From: Mytilus californianus
Taxonomy: Eukaryota
DNA length: 64,000 bases
NCBI RefSeq assembly: GCF_021869535.1
Contig: NW_026262690.1
Coordinates: 4,278,001-4,342,000 of the forward strand
Reading direction: 5' to 3'
Shown here: positions 38,360 to 52,344 of the stretch, in pieces
Position numbering within the stretch: position 1 is the stretch's first letter
How the letters are laid out: each line of letters opens with the position of its first letter
Translations under genes and position numbers: made by a program
Notes under the pieces: model-generated
Database searches by the model: none
Told to the model about the DNA's origin: nothing
Seen by the model: the letters and a program-made list of their open reading frames with translations, nothing else

Positions 38360-39263
38360 CTTTTTGTCTCACCTGCGACGAAAGTCTCTGTATACGAGAC
38401 ATAGGTATTACTATCCAAAAGTGGCAACGGCGTCAATGTTAACTATTTGTATAAAGCTTTATATTTCAGAAGATAGAAGACCTGGATGCTTCATATCTTG
38501 TATGCAGATACCTTATCTTACAAAGTTTCCATCTGCCATATGTCCATTGTCCTTGACCTCATTTTCATGGTTCAGCGACTGCTTATTATAAATTTCTCAC
38601 TTATTATGAGTAAAAGGATAACTATATTTGATATATGGGTTCCTTGGTACGTCTACATGTCCGTCAGATATGGTTCACCTGACCTCGATCTTGTTTCATG
38701 GATCAGTGATCAAAGTTAAAATTACATGATGAGGTCCGTTTCTCAAATACTATAAGCAGTAGGTCAGCTATATTTTTTGAATGGAATGATTGTAAGGTGT
38801 ACATGTCTGTCTGGTAGGTACCATCTGACCTTGACCTCATTTTTATGGTTCATTGGTCAATGTTAAGTTTTTGTGTTTTGGTCTGTTTTTCAAACACTTG
38901 TAGCAATAGGTCAGCTATATTTGGTATATGGAATAATTGTAAGGTGTACATGACTGTCTGGCAGGTTTCATTTGACCTTGACCTCATTTTCATGGTTAAT
39001 TGGTCAGTGTTAAGATTTTGTGTTTTGGTCTGTTAATTCAATTACCATAAGCAATAGGTCAACTATATTTGGTGTATAAAAAAATTGTAAGGTGTATTAT
39101 GTCTGTCTGACAAGATTTATCTGACCTTGACCTCATTGTCATAGATCTTTAAAAATGTTAAGTTTATGTGATACTTAAAGTAAAACCTTTATCTTTAGAC
39201 TTTCAACATAATATCAATGGTCAGTGAAGCAGGCAAATCATTTCAGTGTGTGCACTCTTGTTT
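38360..39263 (+). mobile_element. Helentron-type HINE with ~147-bp satellite core, present in only one arm of the duplication
   Basis: 5' TTTTTGTCTCACCTG, units at about 38551, 38679, 38826, 38972 and 39123, 3' GTGTGTGCACTCTTGTTT. Confidence 0.8.
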
Positions 39264-39319
39264 AAAAAGTTATATAATTAATATTAAAGCAGATGCTTAA
39301 CAGTTTTGATATAGATATA

Positions 39320-39531
39320 GCGTCAGATAGAAATCGACCTTATGCAAATGAATATCAATACATCTGTTAACCTATTTTGGGTTGAAAAAATCTCTACGGA
39401 AAGTCTGTAACTGTTTGAAAACAGACATAAATTCATCTTTTATTTCATATTTGAATGTTCCAAAATCAATCAAAGTGTTATACATATACATGTATATGTG
39501 CACTTGCATAAGGTCGATTTCTATCAGACGT
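39320..39531. mobile_element. Small MITE (~210 bp)
   Basis: 28-bp inverted arms GCGTCAGATAGAAATCGACCTTATGCAA / TTGCATAAGGTCGATTTCTATCAGACGT (2 mismatches); absent from the second duplication arm. Confidence 0.7.
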
Positions 39532-42500
39532 AGCTCATATGTAAAATATTAATACAAAATGCTCATTGTAAAAACCTTAACATTCAATCTAATGTTATTT
39601 TGCAGGAAAAGGAGCAACTAATGTTTGTGTTTTTATTATGATTAGAGAATGTTTATTACATTACATGTACAATGAAAATTTGGAAAACAGAAGAGTAAAC
39701 AAAAAAATTAACATAAACTTTATAAATAATTCTTGGCATGTCAGATATTTAATGAATAAGGAGATGTGGTATGATTGCCAATGAGACAACTATCTACCAA
39801 AGTTCAAATGAAGTGGATGTAAGCGATTATAGGCAACCATACTGCCTTCAACAATGAGAAAAACCCATACTGTATAGTCGGTTAGTTCATAAACATTCTT
39901 TAAATTATGACATTATTATGTATAGTGTATAAAAGGTGGATTTCTTTCCTATATAAGGGAGATAAATCTCATATTTTTGTGTTGAATGTTGGACAATAGC
40001 TTAAAGATTCTTAAAACTGTTACAATATTCAGGACACATTATTTTTACTATTCTAAACATAAAATGAATATGTAAGAAACAAAACTTGTATTTATGGAAA
40101 TATCATTTGATTGAAAGATTTTTATTGCTTTGTTTTTGACAGTGAATTTATACATTTTCATTTACCTCAAAGAATAGGTAATTTTGTATATAACAATAAA
40201 AGTAAAGTTAATTAAGGTAAAGTTGATCATCTTGTTCTTACACTCTCTTTTGTAGACAGAAATAATAAGCTTTAGACTTCTATATATACCCCTCTGAAGA
40301 AGTCTCTGAGGAATATAGTTATGGTACTGGTCAAGTAAATTAAAACAATCAGCTGGAAACAGAAGAAATAATGAGCTACAGTCAATTGTAAGTTTTCAAT
40401 GCAATACAGACTAAACCTCTTTAGTAAACTTCATTAGAGTTGGAAGAAACTATAGTCAGAATATCATTAAATGTGGTAAATGTCTGGTCATTTTGGAGAG
40501 GTCAATCATGATGCCTCATGAAAAGAGAGTCTCACACTCTCACCAAGTTGAAGAATCTTGACATCAAAGCTCTGGTTGGCCTATAGGTGGCCTGTTTCAA
40601 GGAAATACATTTGCCCCTATCCAACATACCATTGTTTTTTATAGTGAAAGTCCTAAATCATGACCTTCATCTCTTTCCTCCCACCTTGCAGAATCTTCCT
40701 ATTGTAGAATTGTTAGAAGTTTCTTGTCCTGCTTGGAATAATTGCTGCTGGACATTGAGCAAGGAAGAATCGTCCAATCAGCAATATATTTGTATCCTAA
40801 TTTGTGGTAAAATGTTTGATTGTAGAAATGACATATAATTGTAATTAAGGAGGGGAGGTTACTTTTTACCCCAATAATTTTGGAAACAATGAAATCACTG
40901 TATTAAGCATAATCAAATATTCAAATATATTTCAATTTACATAGAAAAGAGTGTTTTAAACTAGTTTCTTCTTAAATAATTAAAAAACATGAATTGATAC
41001 AAAGATTGTTAGTATGCAGTATGTATACAATTATCATTTATCTTTTTTTATAGAAACAAATGAGCAAGACAGAAAATAATAAACATTGTAAAGAAAAGTG
41101 TTGATGATAGAAAATAGTCTCTGGCATCAATCAACAGGTAAATAAAAATTGCATAAATATGTTAAATATACCTTTTAAAAAAAGTGTACAGTTAAGGTTT
41201 AAGCAGATGCTTAATAGTTTCGATATGAATATTCAAAATACTAATACACAAAGCTCACTGTTAAATACAATTGAACCTTTAAACTTAAGCCACTCTTATA
41301 GGAAGAAGAGCAACTTGAGTAAAATTCATGCAAATTTTCATGTGATAACTCATTTTATGCATAGAAATTGCTTGTAACATTACAACAGAAAGATTTAAAA
41401 ACAGAAAAAATAGTAAATAAATATAGTTTACATAAACTGGATAAATAATACTTGGAGGAACATATGCATGTCAGTTATAAAATTAAATTTAAGTACAAAT
41501 TCTGGAAAAGTTCATTAACATTCTTTGAATAATGACAGCATGATAATGTATAGTGTAGAAAGGTGGATTTCTTTCTTATATAAGGGAGATAAATCTCAAA
41601 TTTTTGTGTTGAATGTTGAAAAAAAGATTATAGAATTTGTCTTTGTGGAAATATCATTGATTGTTTGATTTTTATTTCTTTGTTATAGAAAATGAAGTTA
41701 ATGATTTATATAAAAATAAGGAGATGTGGTATGATTGTCAATGAGACAACTATCAACCAAAGTTCAAATGAAGTGGATGTTATACATTTTCATTTAATTC
41801 AAAATACAGGTTAATTGGTACCTAACAAATAAAAGTAAAGTAAAGCTAGGTATAAGTGATCATCTTGTTCCCAGATACTATTTTATGAGCTATGGACTTC
41901 CACTTATTCCCCCTCTGAAGAAGTTTCCAAAGGAATATAGTAATAGTATAGATAAAGTATGTTTAAACAATTTGTCAGCTGGAAACAGAAGAAATAATCC
42001 CCCAAGGTTAATAATAAGTTTCCAAAGAAAAACAAACTAAACCACTTTAGCAACTTCATTAGAGTTGTTTTACATCATTATCAAGCAGATAATATGACTA
42101 GATTGATTAAAAAACAAACTAAAGACAAGTGTCTAGGTAACATCTAAGTAATGCAATTCTAGCAAAACCTCTTGAGCCAACTAGTGAAGATTTGTTAAAC
42201 ATAATCAGTTTGAAGAAAGGATGAAATTGATTTTCAGGATAAAAAATAAATCATGCTGAGTTTAAAAATCAATGTCAAAGATATTATTATTATTTTGAAT
42301 CAAAATTAGCTGTTTGGTTAACTAACATCAAACTTAGTGTACTTCATCCATATGTGTTAGAATTGTCATGACCCTAACATAATTGATGGTAACTGATCCT
42401 CATGCCCATAAAAGATTACATCACAATACATCACAATTGAAAACTAGTAACTCTTTTTTTCATCATTTTAATTTTGAAATTGAGGATTTAAATATTGGTT

Positions 42501-43705
42501 CTGAAAAATATTGATTGATTGATTTGTGGTTTCTTTACGTCCAGTGGTTCTGAAAATTATAATGTAAACCTTTATGTTGAAAAATAAAGGCTGATCATCA
42601 ATCAGGAGGAGTAATTAGTGTTATCTGCAGTTTTCAAAAAGGGCAGAATAATTTTTTGCTTAGAGGATGACAACACTTTTAGGGCAGCCTTAATAGAGAT
42701 ATGAACACTTCATAGGCCCCTCCTGATTCTAGACAAACTGATATATTCATAGTAACTACATATACTTTATCTGCTGTTAGATCATCTACCACAAAACTGA
42801 AATTAAAAATAAATATGATATGGATTGGATGTACACCTGGGCTCTTCATCATGAAAACACTGCTATGGATAGGGATTTAACATAATATATCATTATCGTT
42901 TGATATTTGAATTTTTAATGTTAAAAAGTTAAAGATTTATTATTAGATAACTATTTATTTATTTTGGTAATGAAATGTTTATTTCTAGACAAAACTCATG
43001 GAATCTTGATAGTGCTCCCACCTCAATTTATTTAATAACTCCAGCTAATACTCACTATGGCTGGCCAGGATGTAATGTGATGATTTGTTGTGAAGGCTTT
43101 TAAGCTACTAAGGAGAAGGGCATGGTACAAAAAACGTCTACAATAGGGCAGGTAGTCATAGAAATTGGAACATGGTGCTGCACTCACCTATAACTTCATG
43201 TAGGAAACACCAAATTAAGCCTCATATAAGGTTACAGTAAATAGTTGTTTAAATTACCCTTTTCCACATTAGCTAGCAATTTTAATAAAACTTTAGTCCA
43301 TTAATTACAGTCATAAATCATATTGCAAGTTATATCATCTATACTTAAGTGTACAGACAAAAGATTGTCACTGTGACTTAACTTTCATGCTTCACCGACG
43401 TTAGTATTAGAAGTTCTATTTAAGGTAGCACAATACAAAGATTTTTTCACCCCCAACCAGATAACTTTAAACTGATATAATTTCTTTCATCCAGCTTTAA
43501 ATTTTATAAATGAGGTACCAAAAGAAAGAAGAAAGATTAATCTTTCAAATGGTGATTATTTCATTATGACATGATTATTACATAATTAATTATTATGTAA
43601 TTAGTTGCTATATTGTGATGTCCACACTTGAATGAAATTAGCTTCTTTGTTATTCATACCATCCCAAAATATTTTATAGATTCTTGTGCAACACAGTTTG
43701 ACCTC

Positions 43706-43856
43706 CAAAAGGGTGTCTCAGATTCTTCCTATTGTATTTCATTCTCTCATAAACCTTCAATGAAGTTTGCAACCTCAATTCATAAGAGATCACTAAATTA
43801 AATTGGGTATAAAATTTGTTCTATTGATGTTTTTGGAAATCTGAGACACCCTTTTG
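43706..43856. repeat. 151-bp element bounded by a perfect 19-bp inverted repeat
   Basis: CAAAAGGGTGTCTCAGATT / AATCTGAGACACCCTTTTG. Confidence 0.75.
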
Positions 43857-45930
43857 AAGATAACTGGTCAAGGAACAACGTGTGAAAATCAAGCATATAG
43901 AGGCACCCATCTAGAAGCTAATTTCATTTAAAACTACATTTTCATGACAAAAATGAATGTGTCACAATTGAATAAATAAGGATTTTCCTACTTGTACCCC
44001 TTTAACTTCAATATAATTCACACATGTATCATGGGAATACTTCAGGATTGACCTTTAATCATAAATCAATTAGGTTTTGACCAGTAAGAAAGCATTCTAA
44101 TTCAGCAATTCTAAATATATAAAGAAAATGCACACCCTATGCATCAACAATCAGATCTGGCGGGAGATGTTATATCATTATTGACCTTGCTGTAAGTCAG
44201 TTGCTACTGATATGGTCAAAACTCCACCCACCATGATAAACCTTTACTATTAATGATCTCAGAAGTTTAATTACACATTGCATTTACTTTTTTCAATATG
44301 GATTTTATTGTTTTAGTACATAAAATGATATATTTTGTTTTTTGCATTGTTACAAAAAGTAAGTTATGCATGTGTACACAAAATGATCAGTTGGTCGGTC
44401 TAGAGGATCCTTAATACAATGACAATATGGTGTTTTACACAAAGTATTTTTTTTCATTTTTTGCAGTTTGAAAATGAAGTATTTAATTTGTATTTTCTTT
44501 TAAAAAGAATTCATATTTAAACATTCTCCTCAAGAAATTCTAGTATAAACATCAGCAACATTTATTGTTGTACAATTATATTTGTTTACTATCTGTACAT
44601 TTATATTTTGATTCCCTCCTTAGCTCCAAATACCGGTAGTTGTTTTGTTTTTTCTCCTGACATCTCCAATACAGAAATGTATTTTTATTTGGAATTCATT
44701 ATCTTTCATTTTTCCATAAATCCCTAATCCACCTCTTTTTCATAACTGTTATTTTCTATTGCTGGTCAGTGGTTGTAAAGCTTTCAAATGATTCTGTTGA
44801 TTAACCACATAGTACTGCCCACATGTTCTTATCTTGTATCAGTCAGACACGTGCATTTGTTTATAAAACTATTTATCATCAAAACTCATTAACACTGCAA
44901 GATATGTAAATAATTTTTTCTTCTGTGGTTTTTGAATATTAAGAAGTAACAAAAACAGCCGAAAATGAAATTTTGATAAAATTTAATTGCTTTTGTATTG
45001 TGCTACTGTAACATGGAATCCTCTCAAACTTTTATGTAGATGTGCTTTTAACATATATGAAAGTGGTTTTTATCCTCTTTTCATGATGTACTGACTTAAC
45101 ATCAGATTTATATTAAAGGCACTGTAGGATATAGGCTCATCCAAGGCCATGTAAGATTGGTTTAGTAATTTAATTTAGTTATGCCTAAGATGTATATTCT
45201 GTTATAAGATAATACGATTGCTAATATCATGAATAACAAATCCACAAATTTTTGTCTAACTTGGATGCTCTGAAATGAATACATCAACAAATTTGTAGAA
45301 TTGCAATAATAAATTGCTGCAAAATCAACTTGAAAGGGATTTAATGAATAAAAGTATCCATGAAAATAAGTTGGTTTACAAAAATTTTATCATAGAGAAA
45401 TTATTTGTTATTTAATGGTCCATTGACAAATCTGGGATTAAATATATCTGTTGAAATAACCACAAATCTCTTTTAAAAAATGAAATTTACAAGAAATATG
45501 TTATTGGACATGCAAAGACATAATGAAAATCATTAGTGTTTGTACAATAATTTTATGTTAGTTTTGGGAATCATGTATTCTGCCAAGTGATTAACATTCT
45601 TATCACAGTTATGTTTTGTCGACTCTTATTGATGCCAGTTTAAGGCTTGTGTTTTCTTACACTGCTCATGTTGTCATGAAAGGTGAGACAAAGGCATTGC
45701 TTTTGCGGCAACAACGAATAAGCAATCTTCAATGTTAAGTTTTCTGCTTTTAAGTAAGTTTGATAGGAACTACTTGTGGTAGATCAATGATATTTTCTAT
45801 AAAGTTGCATTACTGTTTGTACATTTCAAGGCCTTGCCCACTAGTTCATGTTCCAGAAACTTTGAATTATTTAGCAATGTTGCTGTCCATCAGATTATCT
45901 TTTTTGAATTTTATGCTGATATGCGAGACA

Positions 45931-46500
45931 TACCGTATAGCGGGTTATTTTTGCGGGTGTAAAATTTCGCGATTTAGGGGCAACAAAGTATACGAAAAAT
46001 TTGGCGGTTTTTATTTTGGTGGATTCTTAAATCCCAATAAAATATTTTGGCGGATACTGAAATTGTTGCATATAAAATATTGAAAAATTAAGAAGCAAGT
46101 TTATTGATTTGTTTACCTTAATGACGTCTTATTTATTGATCTTGACCGGAACTTTGATGTACTCACTAATTAGGTTATAAAATTATCAAGACTGACTTAC
46201 AACTCTTATGCAAGTTGACACTAATTAATAAGGGTAATTACCTGATAGAGTACCCTACTCATAATCTATTTGACACTAATTGATAAGGATATACACACGT
46301 GACAGTCATTTTATAAAATACATGTATGTTCAATGCCCTTTTTGTTTATGTTGTTAAAAATAACCTATACCGTTATTGACCTACCGACAGACGCTTTAGC
46401 TATTAGAAAGTAACAAAAGTATGCATTAATTTTCGTGGAATTTATTTTCGCGATTTTCTTTCATCCGCCAAAATAAGCGAAAATAACCCGCTATACGGTA
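45931..46500. mobile_element. Tc1/mariner-like MITE (570 bp)
   Basis: Perfect 21-bp inverted ends TACCGTATAGCGGGTTATTTT / AAAATAACCCGCTATACGGTA, terminal TA. Confidence 0.75.
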
Positions 46501-46657
46501 TCTCTGTGTCAACAGTTTATTTGATAAATAATTAAGTATTGCTTTATTTGAACTTGTGTTTTTGTTGTCTTTTATTCCAGTACTTTAGAGTTGAATGAAT
46601 TTGTTTAACTGTATATTTTGAAATGTAAATGATGCTTTGTTTTATTTGATTGTTTAC

Positions 46658-47836
46658 TTTTTGTCGAGCCTGCGACTTTTGTCGCAGAAAGCTCGACATA
46701 GGGATAGTGATTTGACTTCTTAAAAGCTTTATATTTTAGAAGGTGAAAGACCTGGATGCTTCATACTTTGTTTATAGATGCCTTATGTTACGAAGTTTCC
46801 GTCTGTCACATGTCCATTGTCCTTGACCTCATTTTCATGGTTCAGTGACTACTTGAAAAAAAAGTTGTGATTTTTTGTAATGTTAATTTCTCTCTTATTA
46901 TGAGTAATAGGATAACTATATTTGGTATGTGCCTATCTATCAAGGTCCTCATGCCCGTCAGACAGTTTTCACTTGACCTCAACCTCATTTCATGGATCAG
47001 TGAACAAGGTGAAGTTTTGGTGGTCAAGTCCATATCTCAGATACTATAAGCAATAGGTCTAGTATATTTGGTGTATGGAATGATTGTAAGTTGTACATGT
47101 CCAACTGGCAGGTGTCATCTGACCTTGACCTCATTTTCATGGTTCAGTGGTTATAGTTAAGTTTTTGTGTTTTGGTCCGTTTTTCTTATACTTTATGCAA
47201 TAGGTCTACTATATTTGGTGTATGGAATGATTGTAAGGTGTACATGTCCAACTGGCAGGTGTCATCTGACTTTGACCTCATTTTCATGGTTCAGTGGTCA
47301 AAGTTAAGTTTTTGAGTTTTGGTCTTTTTTGTTATACTATATGCAATAAGTAAACTATATTTGGTGTATGGAAATATTCTATGATGTACATGTCAGTCTC
47401 GCAGGTTTTATTTGACCTTGACCTCATTTTCACGGTTCATTGCTCAGTGTCAAGTTTATGTGTTTCAGTCTGTTTTTCTTAAACTATAAGCAATAGGTCA
47501 GCTATATTTGTTGTATGGAAGGATTGTAAGCTGTTCATGTCTGCCTGGTATGGTTCATCTGACCTTGACCTCATTTTCACGATTCATTGGTCAATGTTTA
47601 GTTTTCTTAAGTCTGTTTCTTAGAAACTATAAGCAATAGGTCAACTATATTTAGTGTATTGAATGATTGTAAGGTGTACATGTATTTCTCGTTTGGTTAA
47701 TATGACCGTGACTTCATTTTCTTTGATCATGTTAAGTTTATGTAATAGCTGTAGTAAAGCTTTCATTTAGGACTATCAACATAATATCAATGGTTAGTAA
47801 AGAAGGCGAGACATTTCAGCATGTGCACTCTTGTTT
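46658..47836 (+). mobile_element. Helentron-type HINE, best-preserved copy, about seven ~147-bp internal units
   Basis: 5' nested inverted repeats GTCGAGC-CTGCGAC...GTCGCAG-GCTCGAC, tandem TGACCTTGACCTCATTTTCA units, 3' AGGCGAGAC and TGTGCACTCTTGTT. Confidence 0.8.
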
Positions 47837-49194
47837 ATTTTCTGTAAAATGCTCAGCAAAGCTTATGTTACTATGTTTTATACAATACAAAATAAAACAA
47901 AGTTTTCTATCTATGTCTATGTCATTTTCAGATTTACATAAGAAATTGTGCCAGTTAGGAGGATATCTCTTAACCTTGTTGATTAAAGAAACGCTGAATT
48001 TTAGTCAGACACAAGACCAGTAAGGAGGATATCCCTTAACAGTGTAGATTGGAAGAATGATTGAATGTTACTGAGAATGTAGATTGATATTCTATGAAGA
48101 TTCCACACATTAAAAAAAAAACCTTTATTTTGTTATTTTATTACTTTGTATCAAAAATAAATTAGCACAATGTTGAAGCTTGCCATCAGATCTGACATGA
48201 CAATTTAAGATTATTATACTCCCATTGAACAAAAATAAATATACCTTTATATCTGTTAGACCATCACACAATAAATTAAATATCACTTGACTGATATTGA
48301 CTTGTGTCTCTTTAAGAATATTATTTGATGGATTTGTTGAGTTGCACATTTACATTCAAGGGGCCATAAAAGTGACATTATCATACATTTCCCTGTATTG
48401 AAACTAATTGTTTCTAGGAAATATCATTGGTAACGTTTTAGATTGGTATAGATGTCAAATCAAAAATATCTGCTGAAATGAATCAAAATTTTAGACATTG
48501 TTTGGTAGACCTCCTGAATCCCAAACTCCAGCTGAAAATTTTCAAATCTCCAGTTGTGACTTGACAACTCTGTCATATATCTTCTTTTTGTCCCCTGTAG
48601 TATCTAAGCTTCTATTATTGTTATTAAACTTTCACACGAGTGTCATTTTCAATCTCCAAAAACTGACACTATTATTTTTTAAAGCCTATTGTTGTGTCAA
48701 GGTCCTTTTTAGATATCCAGCTGATGTGATCTAATGCAATCACTTGGCGTTCATCATTGCTGACTGTCGTAGACTTAATTGATCAAATTTCTCTGGGCCA
48801 ACTGTGCCAATTACAACAAACTTGACCACCATCATTCTTGGGCAGTCTTGTTTATAAATTATGATAATTATGCCAGGTGACCGTCTGACTTATGAATAGT
48901 TCATATTTAAAATACAGTATACAGAATTTATGGTCTAAAGCTTCATTCTGATATGTGTTTGTTGTCCTTCACCTAATTGTCATGGTTCAATGACTGCTAA
49001 CAACTTTTTAGTTAGGTGTTTTTTAGTCATGATGAATAATAGGACAATACATTTGGTACAAATAATCAATCCAGTGTATGCATATCCGTATGGCATGGTT
49101 CTTCTGATCAAACCTTATTTCATAGTTCTTTGATTAACGTTTAGGTTGTGTAATCATATCTGTTTCTAAGAAACTTAAGTAAAAGACCCATCTA

Positions 49195-49870
49195 AATTGC
49201 ATTTAATGATAAATTCAACAACGCTTACCATTATCTTGATGATATTTTTTCGTTAAAGAATTTTCTAAATATACTGCCGAAATTTACCCAAAAGAACTTA
49301 CTTTAAATAAATCAAATATAGACGGTAATAACTGTCCTTTCCTAGAGTTACATATTTCAGTTTTACACGGGAAACTCTACACTAAAATTTGCGACAAAAG
49401 GGACGATTTTTCGTTCCCTATTGTTTATTTTTCTTTTTTGGATGGGGATGTTCCTTTGGCACCATCTTATGGTGTTTATATATCACAACTCGTTCGATAT
49501 GCCAGTGTCTGTTGTGAGGTTTTGGATTTGAATGAAAGTAATCTATGTGTTTCTGGTAAATTATTAAGTCAGGGATTTCGTTACCACAAATTACTCAAAA
49601 CCTTTACTAAATTCTTGCATAGATATAAAGATTTGGTTTGAAGTTTGGTTGTACCTGTAGAAAACTTCTTTCAAACAGGATAGCACATCCTCATTTTTAC
49701 GGAGATGTTGTTTACTGAGCCCGGAAATTTAGAAACGATCCAGGTAAACTTATCGATCCTTTAAATAAACTTATTCTAAAAGGTTACCAATTCAACACTG
49801 TAATTAGATCTTTGAATACTGTTTTTATTGGTATTAATATTGATTTTGTTATCAGTAAATTAAAAGACTG
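49195..49870 (+). pseudogene. Penelope-like retroelement RT, C-terminal fragment (frameshifted)
   Basis: KFNNAYHYLDDIF (YLDD at 49232-49243), followed after frameshifts by DGDVPLAPSYGVYISQLVRYA...KLLSQGFRYHKLLKTFTKF, typical of the PLE RT thumb region. Confidence 0.8.
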
Positions 49871-52344
49871 AAGTCTTTACACTAAATCCATTGGATGATG
49901 GATGTGTACTGATTGATAATTTAGTCTTAAATGCATGATTTTTTTTATTAGTTGTTATTGGCTTTGAACTAGCTGTCAGTAACTGCGAGTACTCTCAGAT
50001 CTGTACTTAGTGTCTTTTTGTTGTTGGGATGTACAAGTACCTGTCCACGTCCACTCTGTGTTTTTGTTAGATGTATTTCTATTTGTATCCATCTGATGTG
50101 ATAAGCCTTTTTCAACTGATTTTTATAGTTTGTTCTTATGTTGTACTGTTACACCACTGTCCCATGTTAGCGGGAGGGTTTGGGCGCCCGCTAACATATT
50201 TAACCCGCCACATTCTGTATGTGCCTGTCCCAAGTCAGGAACCTGTAATTCAGTGGTTGTCGTTTGTTGCTGTGTTACATATTTGTTTTTCGTTTATTAT
50301 TTTGTACATAAATTAGGCCGTTGGTTTTCTCGTTTAAATTATTTTACATTTGTCATTTAGGGGCCTTTTATAGATGACTATGTGGTATGGGCTCTGCTTC
50401 TGTGTCATTTTGGTCTCTTGTGGAGAGTTGTCTCATTGGCAATCATAACACATCTTCTTTTTTACAGTTACATTTTGTGTGAAGAATGACTCGGGTAAAC
50501 ATTTCCGTTATAGAAGGTTTTATGACCTTGACCTCATTTTCATGGTTCATTAATATTAAGTTTTTGTGATCTTGATCTTTTTAAGACTTTCAACATATAA
50601 TTCAATTTTAATTTGTAAAGCAGGCTCGATATTTCACCGTGTGTGTGTGTACTTGTTTTGATAAAAAAAAAAAGCCTAGATACAGAGACATATGATACAT
50701 TTATTATATGTCTCTGCTAGATATAATCTCTTTAAGGAAAACTGATGAGCCCATTACTAGTCCAATATGTCTACCACTATGGAAAAGCGAAGGAAATAAA
50801 AATATTTGCAAACCTCTCTGAAACCACTGTTTGAAACTGAGACAAACTTAGACACAATCATTTTGTAAACTATCCTGCAAAATCACGAAATCGACGGCAA
50901 TCTTTCTTATGTTATCTCGATGAAAAACTATATTGATTATGCTTGCCGAGTTACTAAAACATGATTACTGTTTCATAAATGGAAAAATACGTAAGATGCA
51001 TGTAATTATCAATTATTCTGGAGCTTTACAAGAATGCTAGACGTAAAATACATATAATTATCAATTATTCTGGAGCTTTACATGATTGTTACACGTAAAA
51101 TACATATCAATTAGTCCGAAGCTATACAACGTAACTTCATGAAATGTTGCTGAAATGTCCTTCTGTGATCTTGATCTTTTAAGATTGTCAACATATAAAT
51201 CTATTAATCCTCTAATAGTGCCCTGTCAGAATTTACAATTTTATCCCTCTTGACTCTTACAGAAAATAGAAAACTCTGAAAACAAATATACAAAAATTCT
51301 TATTTAATCTACTAGCTTTCATTGGTGTTGATGATTGCTGTCTGTCATTTACTTTATTGTTTTGTTTAAAAATTTTTAGCTTGGTATAAGTTAAAGTTAG
51401 AAATGCAAGCTGACCAATAAATAAACATGTATTACAAATTCACTTAATTATTAATTATTTTTAACTGAGTTTTGCAGCGTAAATTGATGAAATATTTTTG
51501 GAATTGTCCTCTAGTATTGACCTTTTTGAATATATACTTATATCCCTGTAATCTGAGGGATTCATGTTATTCTTTTTTGTGTACTTTATCCATATGCTAT
51601 ATGTGCATGTTCTAAGTGAGGAGCCAGGAATTCAGTACTCTTTGGTTGCTGTCTCATAATTGTTATTCTTTTACTAATTTTTCATAATTCAGGTCGTTGG
51701 TTTTCTCGTTTGAATAGTTTTACTTTTGCCATGCCTGAGATTTTTATAGCTGACTATAGGGTATGTGTTTTACTCGTTGACGAAAGCTGCACGAAGACTT
51801 ACATCCACGTCATTTGTTCCCTGGTGTATATCTGTTTCATTGACAATCCTACCACAAACATTTTCTTTGACAAAGCTATTCCAGTCTGAAGCAAACATTA
51901 CAATTATTCTAACAGTGCGTTGTTTAACAAGAGAACACCAGATGAAATGTCTCGCCTTTATAGATCATGATTGAATTCATGTTGGAAGTCTTTATGACAT
52001 TAGGTTCTACTACAGGTATAATACATTTTACAATATTAATAATCTATGGAAATGATTCAAGCTCAGATGAAACCTGCCAGACAGATTTATTCACCTTGCA
52101 ATTATTCTATAAGAAAATTTTGTATAATAAAGCATCTGCATACGAGATATGAAGGTCTTCTACCTTGTGAAACATAAGACTATCTTAATAGTTTTATGCC
52201 TGTGTCGATGGATGATCATGCCTATGTCCGGTTGCATATATGTGCAAAGTGACTAACACGGCTGACGTTATATAAAAAGAAATACCATCAATATATAAAT
52301 GAGACGGAGATAAATGAAGTTAAATGTCATTTATTCCAATGTTA

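Larger units (their letters stand above)
38215..42065. repeat. Local tandem segmental duplication (38215-40445 versus 41000-42065) with conserved splice-like sites
   Basis: Collinear shared blocks: TATGCAGTATGTATAC...CAG|GTA, AAGCAGATGCTTAA, AGGTGGATTTCTTTC-TATATAAGGGAGATAAATCTC, CCCTCTGAAGAAGT, AGCTGGAAACAGAAGAAATAAT, ACTTCATTAGAGTTG. A partial third match lies at about 31435-31500. Confidence 0.8.

Noticed and set aside
40500-40838. GC-richer segment with ORF 40587..40838 and short minus-strand frames
   Set aside because: Possibly a transposase relic, but no motif I can name; frames are interrupted.
35690-47720. Regular TGACCTTGACCTCATTTTC repeats as a CRISPR array
   Set aside because: Spacers are homologous to each other (satellite monomers), the period is ~147 bp, no cas genes are present, and the context is eukaryotic.
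35147-52152. Numerous 60-107-aa ORFs in the track
   Set aside because: Most map inside HINEs, MITEs or family-A repeats, or use non-ATG starts; no conserved motifs.
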